Shown: in pieces, positions 38,672 through 50,800 of the stretch
Layout: the number at the start of each line of letters is the position of its first letter
Numbering within the stretch: the stretch's first letter is position 1
Assembly: GCA_040954595.2 (NCBI GenBank)
Contig: CM082593.2
Coordinates: 11,793,477 to 11,857,476, forward strand
Length of the DNA: 64,000 bases
Direction of reading: 5' to 3'
From: Balanoglossus misakiensis
Lineage: Eukaryota > Animalia > Hemichordata
The notes under the pieces: generated by a model
Databases searched by the model: none
Told to the model about the DNA's origin: nothing
What the model saw: the letters and a program-made list of their open reading frames with translations, nothing else
Position numbers and translations under genes: made by a program

Positions 38672-39261
38672 TGTGAGAGCTTGGAAATTTCCAAGCACTG
38701 ACAAGGGTCAGTGGTCGGAAATTTCCAGACACTCAGGGAATGTGAGAGCCTGGAAATTTCCAAGCACTGACAAGGGTCAGTGGTCGGAAATATCCAGACT
38801 CTCAGGGAATGTGAGAGCTTAGAAATTTCCAAGCACTGACAAGGGTCAGTGGTCGGAAATTTCCAGACACTCAGGGGATGTGAGAGCCTTGGAAATTTCC
38901 AAGCACTGACAAGGGTCAGTGGTCGGAAATTTCCAGACACTCAGGGAATATGAGAGCCTGGAAATTTCCAAGCACTGACAAGGGTCAGTGGTCGGAAATT
39001 TCCAGACACTCAGGATATGTGAGAGCCTGGAAATTTCCAAGCACTGACAAGGGTCAGTCGTCGGAAATTTCCAGACACTCAGGGAATGTGAGAGCTTAGA
39101 AATTTCCAAGCACTGACAAGGGTCAGTGGTCGGAAATTTCCAGACACTCAGGGAATGTGAGAGCTTAGAAATTTCCAAGCACTGACAAGGGTCAGTGGTC
39201 GGAAATTTCCAGACACTCAGGGAATGTGAGAGCCTTGAAATTTCCAAGCACTGACAGGGTC
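38672..39261 (+). repeat. 69-bp minisatellite, about 8.5 copies
   Basis: Unit tgtgagagcctggaaatttccaagcactgacaagggtcagtggtcggaaatttccagacactcagggaa. Confidence 0.9.
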
Positions 39262-40194
39262 GTGGTAGTCCTCCGTACAGGTCTACGTTCTCCCGGCGTT
39301 TAATACACGGCTTCCACCACTGTGCTTCCACCACATCTCTGCAAGGCTCCATGGACAAAACTGATTCGTCTGAGATCCGGATCCGGACAGCAGCTTTTCG
39401 GCCGAGATTCGATTTTATCGGGGGGAATCTTTCCCCCGTCTACCCACAAATGACTCCAAATATGATGTAATTAACTTCCGAGCCGCTCGCTTTCTGATTT
39501 TCTCTTGTGTTTACCTGTTGAGATCGCCATATTGAATACAGTGAGGTTATCTCAATGGGTAAACACGAAAGTTTCAGAAAGCGAGCGGTTCGGATGTTAG
39601 AAGAAGTCAATCGCGGAGTCGGTTATAACCGGTTAGTAGACAGGGAAAGGATATTCTCCCGATAAAATCGAATTTCGGCGAAAAGCTCTGGTACGGATCT
39701 GGACCGCAGACGCACCAGGTTTGTTTAAGGAGCCTTTAAATAGCGTCACAATGTTCATGACAGGCTTCGCCTACCAACTCCTCTGAGTTAGCCCATACAC
39801 TAGTTGTTTATTAGGAATTTGTATTGTTTATCTGACATAATTGTTCTTTCTACTCTGTATACAAAGTCACAACTTCACAACTACCAAATGCTATTGTTCT
39901 TGAATTATGCAGTGTTACCAAATGTCACAGTTCAAACCACTGTATATAAAGAAGTATTGGCCATCCCGCCCCTCTCTCTTCATTCCGAACCTATTCCCAA
40001 GTGTACGCGGTACATTTGTTGGTGCCGAGACCAGGATGTCGGGCATGGAGAGAGATAGAGAAGAACAGCAGAAGAGGCCACCGCAGTCAAATGACCAAAC
40101 TCATCCGTAGGGTTGAAGATATAAACACAGGCGAAGTTCCTCAACAGATCGTTTTCCTAAAGGCCATAATTTGAAACATGATAGAGAAACTCAA

Positions 40195-40745
40195 GATTTC
40201 CAAGCACTGACCCTGTCAATGCTTGGAAATTTCCAGGCTCTCACATTCCCCGAGTGTCTGGATATTTCCGGCCACTAACCCTGTCAGTGCTTGGAAATTT
40301 CTAAGCTCTCACATTCCCTGAGTGTCTGGAAATTTCCGACCACTGACCCTTGTCAGTGCTTGGAAATTTCTAAGCTCTCACATTCCCTGAGTGTCTGGAA
40401 ATTTCCGACCACTGACCCTTGTCAGTGCTTGAAAATGTCCAGGCTCTCACATTCCCTGAGTGTCTGGAAATTTCCGACCACTGACCCTTGTCAGTGCTTG
40501 GAAATTTCCAGGCTCTCACATTCCCTGAGTGTCTGGAAATTTCCGACCACTGACCCTTGTCAGTGCTTGGAAATTTCCAAGCTCTCACATTCCCTGAGTG
40601 TCTGGAAATTTCCGACCACTGACCCTTGTCAGTGCTTGGAAATTTCCAGGCTCTCACATTCCCTGAGTGTCTGGAAATTTCCGACCACTGAACCTTGTCA
40701 GTGCTTGGAAATTTCCAGGCTCTCACATTTCCAAGCACTGACCCT
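40195..40745 (-). repeat. 69-bp minisatellite, about 8 copies, inverted relative to 38672-39261
   Basis: Reverse complement of the same unit. Confidence 0.9.
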
Positions 40746-42212
40746 TCTGGAGTGACTAGCAATTTTTGCAAATTGTACTATTAATTGAATTCATAATTTA
40801 ATTATTAGTTTTTTTCAATGAAATATTCAAATCCATACAACCCAAAGATGGCTCCTTCATTATTTCTATGGAAATTTCACAGTTTATTCTTTTCTTTCTC
40901 CACAATCGCAAACATCTTGAAAATAATCATAGAAAAATATCGAAATATATTGTACTGTGAACAAAACACTAATTTCCTTGAAAAAAGTTTAAAAAACGGC
41001 TACTTTTCGGAAATTGGAAAATGTTTTCTATACTGTTTGATATTTGCATATTTGTGTTTTCGCCACTTTTGAACAAATATTTTCTGTGAAACTGCTTGTT
41101 GGATTGCTTTGAAATTAGTTTTTTCTCTGATTGCTTTGAAATTTAGGATATAATTTCATAACACATACCTGTATATGTGCAACTTTTATTCAATTCTGAG
41201 ATCAGAAAGATTAAATATTTAGCGAGTTTTTTTGGTAAGTTTCTTTGTTTTTGGTTAGCAAATCTTCTCCTAAACAAATTGTCCAGTTGTTTTTAAAGTT
41301 ACTATTTACAAGGAGTTGTTACCTCAAACAAAGACATGTTTACATAACTTAAATAGGCCAGCTGTTACAGAGACCACCAGCTATCACATTTTAATTACCA
41401 GTGGCAGGTCAGTGTGTGTCTGTTCCAGGGCTGACTGAAAGAAGTTGCTTCGCATATGTGTTTGTGTACAGACAATTTTTGGTCAATTTTTTTTTCTAGC
41501 ACCACTTGTAAGACTGCCATGACACATGACAGTTTATTGGGCATGTTCCTTGTTAATGTTTTTACATTGCATATTTCTATATGGTCAGATCATAAGTGCT
41601 TGCAAATGTCACCTGTAATTTTTATTCTGCTGTGTCACTGTTGCCGCATAATCCTCAAATGTCATCAGATCTCCGAATGTGATGAAAACAGTGTGTTTTG
41701 AGTGGGTTTTTTAATGACCTTTTGGGTTAAAAGTGGCAAAAATGGCAATTTTGTCTTCAAAGGGGTCAATAAGACTGACTTTTTTGGAATCAGCACCATT
41801 TTTTACATTGAATGGACTAGTCTGCTCAAACTTTCCTTACCAAAAATTCTGTTTAATCTTCTGTAACATGTATACTAGTGTACATGTAGCTGCCTGATAG
41901 TTTGCCCTGTGTGTGTAATTGCTGAGTGACATAACGCATTCTGTGATTGATGCAGTCACGTAACCACCAATCGAACGATTGTTATAAGGAGAACTGCACG
42001 ACCTTTAACCGCATTAGCATACCTGATTTTTAGGGCTCGATATTACCTCTGAGGACGCAATATTTAAGTTGAAGTTTTTTTATTTTATCATATTAGAGCA
42101 AGAAGACTTGTCTTTTATGTAAAAGAAATAGACCCTAATATACAGAGTGCATTTTGAAACGATAGGCAGTTCCGGCCCATAGCCTAATTCTTCATTTTTC
42201 TGTCATGCGTAT

Positions 42213-42328
42213 GAATTGATTAGTGCTAACAACCCATGTCAAAATGGCAGCACTTGCCAACCCTAACCTCGTGTGTGGCATTGACGTGCACCTGCCAAGG
42301 ATGCTTTACTGGGAGCGCTGTGAAAATT
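42213..42328 (+). pseudogene. EGF exon 12 (frameshifts; acceptor AG>AT in unit 1)
   Basis: Paralog of 7990-8106 and 57110-57225. Confidence 0.7.
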
Positions 42329-42840
42329 GTCAGTCAGTTTCTTTTGTCAAATTAATCAATATGTGTGGGACTGCTATACATGTATATAAAACAGAATACT
42401 GCGATGGAAAATTCTATAACTTAATGTTTCAGTGGATATATGACTTAAAGTTAGCAGTATGCAGTGAATTCAACAGAAAGTGTAATTTCCTCTTGTGTGA
42501 GCTCTGTGCGACTGTGCCAATGAAAATCTCACCACAAACAAAAATGACAGGTATACACTGTATATTAGCAGCTTTGTCTCTGTAATAGCCATAGTGTTTT
42601 GAAGTTGAAAACTTGCAAAGTGTGCAGTTTTATTCACACTACAAAGGAAACATTGTTGAAACGGATTATCTGTGTACATTGTCAAACTGTACACTTGTCG
42701 CGAGATTTATTCTCAATTATATTACTAGTATATCATGCTACCGTCCGCAACTCTGATTGGACGAGAGCTAAATCCAGCGATGCTAAAATACTCAATAATG
42801 CACTGCTGGCAGTGGTAAAACGGGCTTTCTGTTTGCCACA

Positions 42841-43150
42841 TGGGTTTGTTCTTTAGGTTGTTGTATGTGTTTACACCCATCATGTTTATTGTAGAACCAG
42901 GGTCGATCAGTGAGGCAACTGCTGTTTGTTCTATCTGCACTGTTACTCGAGGCCTCCTGCCATTTGATTGTTGTACAGTGAAGCAGTATTCATCTCCCGA
43001 GCTGTCTTCCACTTTATGCACAGCTTTGACAGTTTTATCCTTGTCTACCCTATTTGCCTTGCCTTTTGAATGGTAGCATTTGGCTAAATGGTTAGGTTTG
43101 CCACACTTCCTGCATGACTTGCCTTTAGCTGGACATACTGAGTCATGTGG
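42841..43150 (-). mobile_element. Gypsy gag zinc-knuckle/protease fragment
   Basis: HDSVCPAKGKSCRKCGKPNHLAKC..ASLIDPGSTINMM (decayed DTG motif); same element as 8301-9332; copy at 57738-58047. Confidence 0.8.
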
Positions 43151-43344
43151 TACCATTATTAAAATAGGGGCCAGTCATCAAAACGTAAGTGAGCCAAAAA
43201 ACTACAGGTCAGATAAATTGTTTTCTCGTAAATTCAACATTAGAATCAAATTTGGCGTTGGAAACAAACGGCGGGTCGCCAGTTCCTGGTCTGGAGGCTG
43301 GTAGAGTCACGTCTTGAAGACTGGCCCCTATTTTAATAATGGCA
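43151..43344. mobile_element. Small MITE at the unit junction
   Basis: Perfect 24-bp TIR ccattattaaaataggggccagtc / gactggcccctattttaataatgg; copy at 58048-58241. Confidence 0.75.
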
Positions 43345-44472
43345 TTGTCATGACCGGCCAACCTTTGACCTCGGAGACCACAATGTAGAGCTATCGATCA
43401 GCTTTTCGCGTTTCAATCAAACATTGCAATCACGGGCTAAAATCACTAACTAGTTGATACCTTTTTCGGTGTTTCATCTAACCTTTGAAAGGAGTATAAT
43501 AAAAATGAAATGACCGCACGTAATGTGCATTTCTTGTTCACGTGTGGGGACTATATGTGTGCGTAATGATCCAAATGCAAGGGGTCGTGTGAACAGGCCT
43601 TAAATAATGAGTTTGCGTTAAATAATGAGTTTGCGTTAAATAATAAGTTGACAAACGGCGCGAGTGCATTTTTTCATGGTTTAGAAATCACTTATTTATA
43701 TATAATTCATTATATAATGTAAATCACTCATGATATATATATAATAGACTTGCACTTAAATTATTTATAAATCACTCATGATATATATATAATACACTTA
43801 AATTTTTTTTATTTATAAATAATTAATTATATATAAATAATTATGTACATCACTCATGATATATATATAATAGACTGACACTGACATTGTTTATAAATAA
43901 TTTATTATATATAAATAAAAGAGCATAAAATACATTTTATGTATATAATTGAATCGACTTGAAATTATTTATAAATAAATTGTCAGGACTTAAATGGTTT
44001 GCAAATCTATAATTACATACATATAAGTATGTTAAATAACGACTTTTGAACAAATAATTTAGCTAAATAATAAGTTAACACATGGCACCCCATACAAACA
44101 TTACGTCCAGTCCAAATATTCTGCCAATTTTACATCCAATGCATTCAAATAGTGGACTGCTTCGCTTTCATCCGGTTTTCATGTGCATTGTATAAGTAGA
44201 CATTTGTTTTGTCCCGTCTTTTCACCGAATTTGCTCTTTTCCAAATCTCCGACACAGACTATGATCGTCACATTCTTGTCTGTTGTTAGAACAGCACACT
44301 GCCATATGGCATTGACTGTATACAGTTTCTGTTACCAATATCTCTGGTTTGGCATTTTCCTGTCCTCAATCTTTTGCCAGGGATTTTTGTGTCCCCAACC
44401 CGCGTGAGAATCCCACGTCTTTGAAGGTATGACTGTGACTATAAGATTCTATAAATCTCTGTTTATTTTCAG

Positions 44473-45098
44473 CACAAACATCATGTGCTGATTGCCCAGC
44501 TGGTAACCAATGTCCAAATGGTAACACTGTGATTTTATGCTCGGCTGGTTATTACAGTTCGGCCTTGGACAAAGGATGTCTCGCTGTACCTCTTGCATAA
44601 CAGGTAAACTTCTACCCACCAACCTTTATTTCCAACATCAAACATTAGGTCAGGTAATTTACTAACTGAAAAATAGGATGGGAACATTTTCCATTTCTGT
44701 ATTTAAAATTTACTGATATAATATATGAATGAAAAAATGACAATTTTTCCAAATTTGAATAGACCTCTATTTATGAAAATAATTAAAATTTGCGCCAATT
44801 TTTTACAGTGGTATTCAAAGGTTAACTTGGTGTGTAAATTCTTTGTTTGATTTACAGATCAGCCGGTGCTGAACAGTGTACTATTTGTGAGCAAGGGTAC
44901 GCCTGCACAGATCCCAGTGCATCGCAATTCAAGTGTACCAAGGGTTACGTGTCATTGGCTGGTGCAACAAACTGTACCAGATGTACAAATGGTAAGATTG
45001 TGGTACTTGTTCAGTTTGCTGTGTGATGAAACTGAGTGGTATGTGTGTATGCATGTATGTGTTTACAACAGATTTTCAAGTCAGTGCGACTGGGGTTA

Positions 45099-45130
<32 letters not shown>

Positions 45131-47041
45131 TACAACAGATTATCAACTCAGTGCGAAATCTTGCGAGACCCGGTTAGCCATGTGAGATCTCGCAGAGTCT
45201 TATGATATTCAGAAAATGGTTGATTAGAAATGACGTTTAATGTCCTCCAAAGAATTTTCTACATGCCCGTATACTTGTCTCAGAATTATGAAGTGAATCA
45301 TCTCAAGTAATTTGTTATTTTAAATGACACTGTATCACAAATACTTCACTAAAAACCTCATTTTCTTTAATCAGATGAAATAAGTGAGGAGCCTGCACGC
45401 ACATCCCGTCTTCTGTGCCCTGCTGGACAATCGTGTTCAGATCCAATGTAAGATCCGCTTGACTGTGGCAATGGTGAATATGCTATGGAAGGCGACGGCA
45501 CATGCACGCCTTGTCCAGCAGGATCCAAGTGTCCAACCATGTCACCCGTAGTTGATTGTTCAACAGTTACTGGTAAGTTGGGCTGCAAATTACTCTTATG
45601 ACTTCCCTGTGTTATAGCATGACATACACAGAAAATTAAACTGTTATGCTCATTGGAGTTGATATTGTGATGCACTTTGAAAAACACAATGATTCCACTG
45701 AAGAGGTATTGTACAGTAACACCTGTGATTACGGACATCTCTCTAATAAGGGATCGTTGGACCAAACCAATCGTTCTTTGAATTTTTTCTGTGATAGGTT
45801 CATACTCGCTAGGTTCGGCCAAGTCCTTCTGGTTATGAATGCACAACTACAAATGTCACACAGTGCGCTACAGGGAAGTAAAGTGTTGAAGGAGGTAAGT
45901 CTTGAAATCTCTTTTCTTCTGGTCTCGATTTGAACATGGTTCCACAAGTTGTTTACATCACTTGTAGTTTTACATATTTTTTTAGTTCAACAGCTATGCT
46001 ATACATGGTGTCCTGAGAAGTCGACCAGTATGAGAAGTCGGTATCGGCCAGTACGAGAAGTCGGCCTGTGGGAGAGAACCCTGGTACTTTGTGTTATATA
46101 TAACTGTTTCACTACGAAATGTTTCCTTGATGTACAGGAGCTGAGATATTTGTACAAATAGCCGATGAATTTTAAAACTGTCTGTTCACTTTTCATGTAC
46201 GTCACCGGGGTACGTCAACATCAGTCACCTGCACTTCTTGAGCTGCGCCAGTAGTCTGTTCCTTGTCACGTTTGTTTGTTTGGTGTTGTCTCAGAAAGTA
46301 TGAATATACACATACATCTTCTATGTATTTTAGTAGGCTTTGAAACAACTCCCTTTAATCAGAAATGTCACAGGAATTTGGCGAACAACCTAAGCTCCTT
46401 ACGCGGATACGGGGATGGGGAACTGGTACGGATGCCAGACGCCATTATTTGAAATGACGCCATTGTGTTGTCAAGAATTTGGGAAATCCGTCCAAATGAA
46501 AATATTTAGTGCAATTATATTTTATTAAGTGTTGTTATAAGTAATCTGGGTCATCACTGCACTATTCGGGTACAAGTTCAACAACTGGCCGACTTCTCAT
46601 ACGCGCGTAGTGGCTGACTTCTAATCTGGCCGACTTCTCATGTATTCCTATACATTAGTGAAAATTGGGGAAACTGGTGTTTTCAGACAACTTATGAAGT
46701 CCCTTTCGCAATATTAACTCTAAAACAGCGGGTGATATTCCTTTTAAAATTTAACCAAATAAGCATACTTGAACTCTGTCATATCGGCAAAACACTCACT
46801 ACACAAGCTGCTGTTATTCTACAGACATGACATGTGCTGATTGCGGCGTAGGTAACTACTGTCCAGATGGGTCAGACAGCCCCATTCCTTGTCCATCAAG
46901 TTATTATGCTGACACAGCCACAGAAGTATCCTGTACCCCTTGCGATCCAGGCTGTCAGTGTGCAGCAACATCACCCACTTGCCTGCACATCAAGAACCTA
47001 CTCTCTGGGACCATCAACAACATGTACTCCCCTTCTACCAG
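44473..47041 (+). pseudogene. GCC2/GCC3 pseudo-exons a-d, unit 2
   Basis: 44473-44603, 44858-44991, 45375-45572, 46825-47041; same stop and frameshifts as unit 1. Confidence 0.75.
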
Positions 47042-47861
47042 GTTTGTAGTCGTCTTAGTCGTAAAAACATATTTAAGGTGTTGGGCACCTCGAAATAAAG
47101 GGTCGTCTGATCATGTTAAAATTAATACTGATGATACTATGACTTCTAAACATTTAATCTATGGAATAAAAATTGGGGGTCAACCATCTAGAGTTTTGAA
47201 AAAGCGCCCTTTATCTAGCACCTCTTTCAGATTTTGCCAGGCTCGTAGATTTTTGTAAAATGGCCTCAAAAATAAGAATTTTGGAAGGTTTGTCATATTT
47301 TTTCACCATTGTAGAATCTAAATGTTCTGAATTATTTTATTTTTAGCAATTTTGAGATTGCTTCATGTTCAGTATGATAATCGCATGTCAATACAACTGT
47401 TACATTAAAGGAAAAGTTCAAATCCGCCTAAAACCACATTGCATTGGTACCTAGTTAAGTTGTCCTCACTTCTGACGCAAAATTTTGATGTGCAATGCAC
47501 GTGTCTGTGAAATTGACGAATAAAAAAATTGTATACCAGTGCAAAATTAAAAACTCCCTGTGCAGCCTTCTTGGCAACTGCATGCTGGGAAAAGTACTCG
47601 GATGATGACGAAAAAGTTTCGGGGTTCCGGGTAGTGCTACCCCGGAATACAATGTTGGGTGCAGACTCCAACTATGGAAAAGAGATGCAGAATGTCATGT
47701 GATATAGTAGTGAAAACAAATACACGCTGGTTCACATATTTCAGCTCTCAGCAATCAGGGTGCATTAAAAGGCCTTGATTGGTGTGATATTCACAATTGA
47801 TGATTATAAATACTTACAGTTGTATACTGTTTTATTTTGTAAATATTGTGTACATTTGCAG

Positions 47862-50800
47862 CAATGAATCCGTGCGAACACAAACCTTAACCCATGCCGG
47901 AATGCTGGTACTTGCCAAGCAATCCAGGGATCTTGTACAGGCGTCACATGTCTATGTGCTGGCTGCTACCTGGGCTTCACATGTGAAACACGTGAGTACA
48001 GTACTTTGTCATTTATTAAAAAATCTAAGTGCTGAGGTACATTGTAGTAATAATAGCAGGTGTAGTCATTATCATCATCATCATCATCTTTAAGTCAGTC
48101 ATATGATCGGTAATAAAAACAGTAAAATCACCAGTATAAAAACATAACAGAGAAATAATGAACGTGTACTTGTGTTACCATAGGTAACTGTTGTATAAAA
48201 TTTTGAATTCCTGTCTTCCAGTTCCTAATCCATGCTTCACTAGTCCTTGTCTCAATGGAGGTACCTGCCAACAACAGGCAAATTCTTGTACTGCCACCAT
48301 TGGCATGTGCACAGAGTGTTACTAGGGAAACAGGTGTGAGACAAGTAAGTTTGAATCTATAGCAGTTAATAATGATAATTATCATTTTTTTTTATTATGA
48401 TTTAAACTTCACTGATGTTGTACAAACACAAAAATAGAAATAATAATAATAATAATAATAATAATAATTTATTTGTATAGCGTCAGTATCCACAAAAAAT
48501 GTGATCAATGACGCTTAAAGCAAAAGTACAATACAACAAATGGCTAAAAAACAGATTTAAAAAGTAAAGTTTTAACATTTGATTTAAAAACAGGTAAGTC
48601 TGGTGCCTGGCGAATGGTGAGTGGAAGATTATTCCAAAGAATTGGAGCAGCAACAGTAAAAGCACGATCACCATAACTCTTGGTGCGTGATCGAACAGGG
48701 CAGAGTTTGAACTGATCAGCTGACCTCAAATTGCGACACGGAACATATAGATTAGTCATGCTAGAAAGATAGATTGGACCAAGTTTATGAATGGATTTAA
48801 AAATGAGAACTAACATCTTAAAAACAATACGCTCTGTAACAGGTAGCCAGTGCAACTGATACAAAATTGGAGTGATGTGACAGGTGATTTTTGAACGAGT
48901 AACAATTAGAAAGGGACAGCAGCTTAGCTCTATTCCTTTTCCAAAGTGTTTGTTCTTTTAAACTACCTGTTTTTTATTTATTCTGATTATGCTAATATGC
49001 TAATTTGTCGGTTTGTCACATCACAATTTTTGTAGGAAACTCACCCCTGGGAATTTTTTTCAGCCACTGACATACATTCATAATCACATGACATTGATGA
49101 TCATGGAAAATTTGACCCTTTTCCTTGTAGGACTCAACCAGTGTCCACCAAATCCGTGCCAGAATGGTGGCTTCTGTCAACCGGCTCGAAATTCCTGCTT
49201 TGATCTCACCTGCATATGTACTGGTTGCTACAAAGGTGATAGGTGTGAGATATGTAAGTATACAGCGCAGTCTCTTTTACCTTTTGTCTCTGATGCATTC
49301 AAATACTGCATGTTTCCTGAGCATAGGTGTAGCCATCACCACAGCAGAGCTTGGGGCGTTCTTGACATCGAATGCAAGATTACACTCTTCCCAATCAAAA
49401 TCACTTTCGTAGCGCATAATGTCTTGATTGTCTTAGTTCAAGAAACATTATGCGCGACTGGCCAATTTTACAGCCTTTTGTCAACGCACATCCACTATGG
49501 AAATTCTCACTCCAGGCCAGATAGTGTAAATTTACATATGAGTCTACAGGTATGCTTGAAGTCAAGTCAAGCATTTGCAAGGAACCCTCCTCCAGTACAC
49601 AGGTCTTTGATTTCATGAAGGGAAGCCCTTGCCTCACAGTCACTGCCACATGATCTATGGAGGTGTGAACAACTTGATACCAGCCTAATATAAGTTGTAG
49701 GCACAATCACTCCACACACCCTTGCCATAATTCTGCAAGGTTTTTGCCATATCTGTACTGTAGAATGAGTAGCAAGGAATAAAATGGCGTCCTTTCTTAA
49801 TTTCCAGTGCAAAACCCCTGTGATCCCAACCCATGTATGAATGGTGGATTTTGCCAGCAAACATCGTGCAATTTCTATTCATGCCAGTGTGTGAACTCTT
49901 ACACAGGTGACATCTGTCAAACCATAGACCCTAGAGAAAGAAGGACGAGCAACTGCGGCAAAGATCAAAGGGTTTGGGGATTATCTGTATGATGATGTTC
50001 TTTTGCATATAATTAACACCCAGGACAGTTGGACAATGACTTCCTTACTTCGGCACGTGTCGACCCCACCAGTGATGCGAAAACTTGCCACCAAACTGAC
50101 ACTCCTGCATTTCAGCAGCCACTGCGTTTTTTTCTAAAATTCTAAAAGTATTACGATGTCTGTGCTAATTATTATGGTCGTCTGTCGGATGAACGGTCAT
50201 TTCTAGTGCCACAAGCTTCATTTAAAAATTGTAAACAAATCATCCATGCCAAATTCCTGTTTAACTTGTGCAGATGTGTTCCATAAATGATTGCTGCGTT
50301 CAACCACGTTGCAGTTTTCTCGTCTTCTGCGAGATGTTCTAAGGTGTTTGTGATAACTTCACGCAAAACGCGAGACTTTGCGTTAGTTTATACACAGTTT
50401 ATTTGCAAATTGGATTATTGGGATTTACCTGGAAATAATGTATGCAAAAGAACATCATTTCAAGAAAAAACTGGAGTTGCGCGTCCTTCTTGCATGTCCG
50501 ACTGGGCACTCATATTTCTTGGTAACGCTGACACTTTTCGTAATAATTTTATGTTTGCGTGAAGCATTGAAACAAAAATTGTGGTTTAGGGGCATTTTAT
50601 TTCGCAGTGCGTGAACAATAAAACAGATTTCACGAAAACAATTTATAAACAAACTGGCTGGATTTTCATGTGTGCGCTATTGCCGCCAGGCAACCCTCGG
50701 TACGGTTAGCTCACAGCCTTGTGAAATACCCGGACTGTTAGACAAAAGATGCTTGTTTTGGACGCTGTCAGACTCAGAGGTGCCAAATTCCTGTTTAACT

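Larger units (their letters stand above)
38136..41037. mobile_element. Foldback-type TIR element, 2902 bp, TSD TGAT
   Basis: TIR aacagtatagaaaacattttccaatttccgaaaa matches at both ends. The empty site in unit 2 (55931-55945, tggtgatatttgc) has a single TGAT, and the offset change of 2906 equals element plus TSD. Confidence 0.9.
37381..41661 (+). mobile_element. HINE-like element (family A) interrupted by the foldback element
   Basis: Same 5' structure as 1975; uninterrupted copy at about 55183-56556. Confidence 0.6.
20891..44008 (+). repeat. Tandem segmental duplication, unit 1 (23.1 kb)
   Basis: Near-identical to unit 2. Offsets are 23118-23142, then 17802 after the 534-bp array and 14896-14897 after the foldback element. 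Confidence 0.95.

Noticed and set aside
38569-40771. ORFs with 23-aa repeats (SHSLSVWKFPTTDPCQCLEISKL)
   Set aside because: Translation of a 69-bp minisatellite (a multiple of 3) present on both strands of a foldback element.
24730-42328. Calling the EGF array Notch, fibropellin or crumbs
   Set aside because: No calcium-binding consensus, extra cysteines and no diagnostic flanking domains in the window, so no symbol is assigned.
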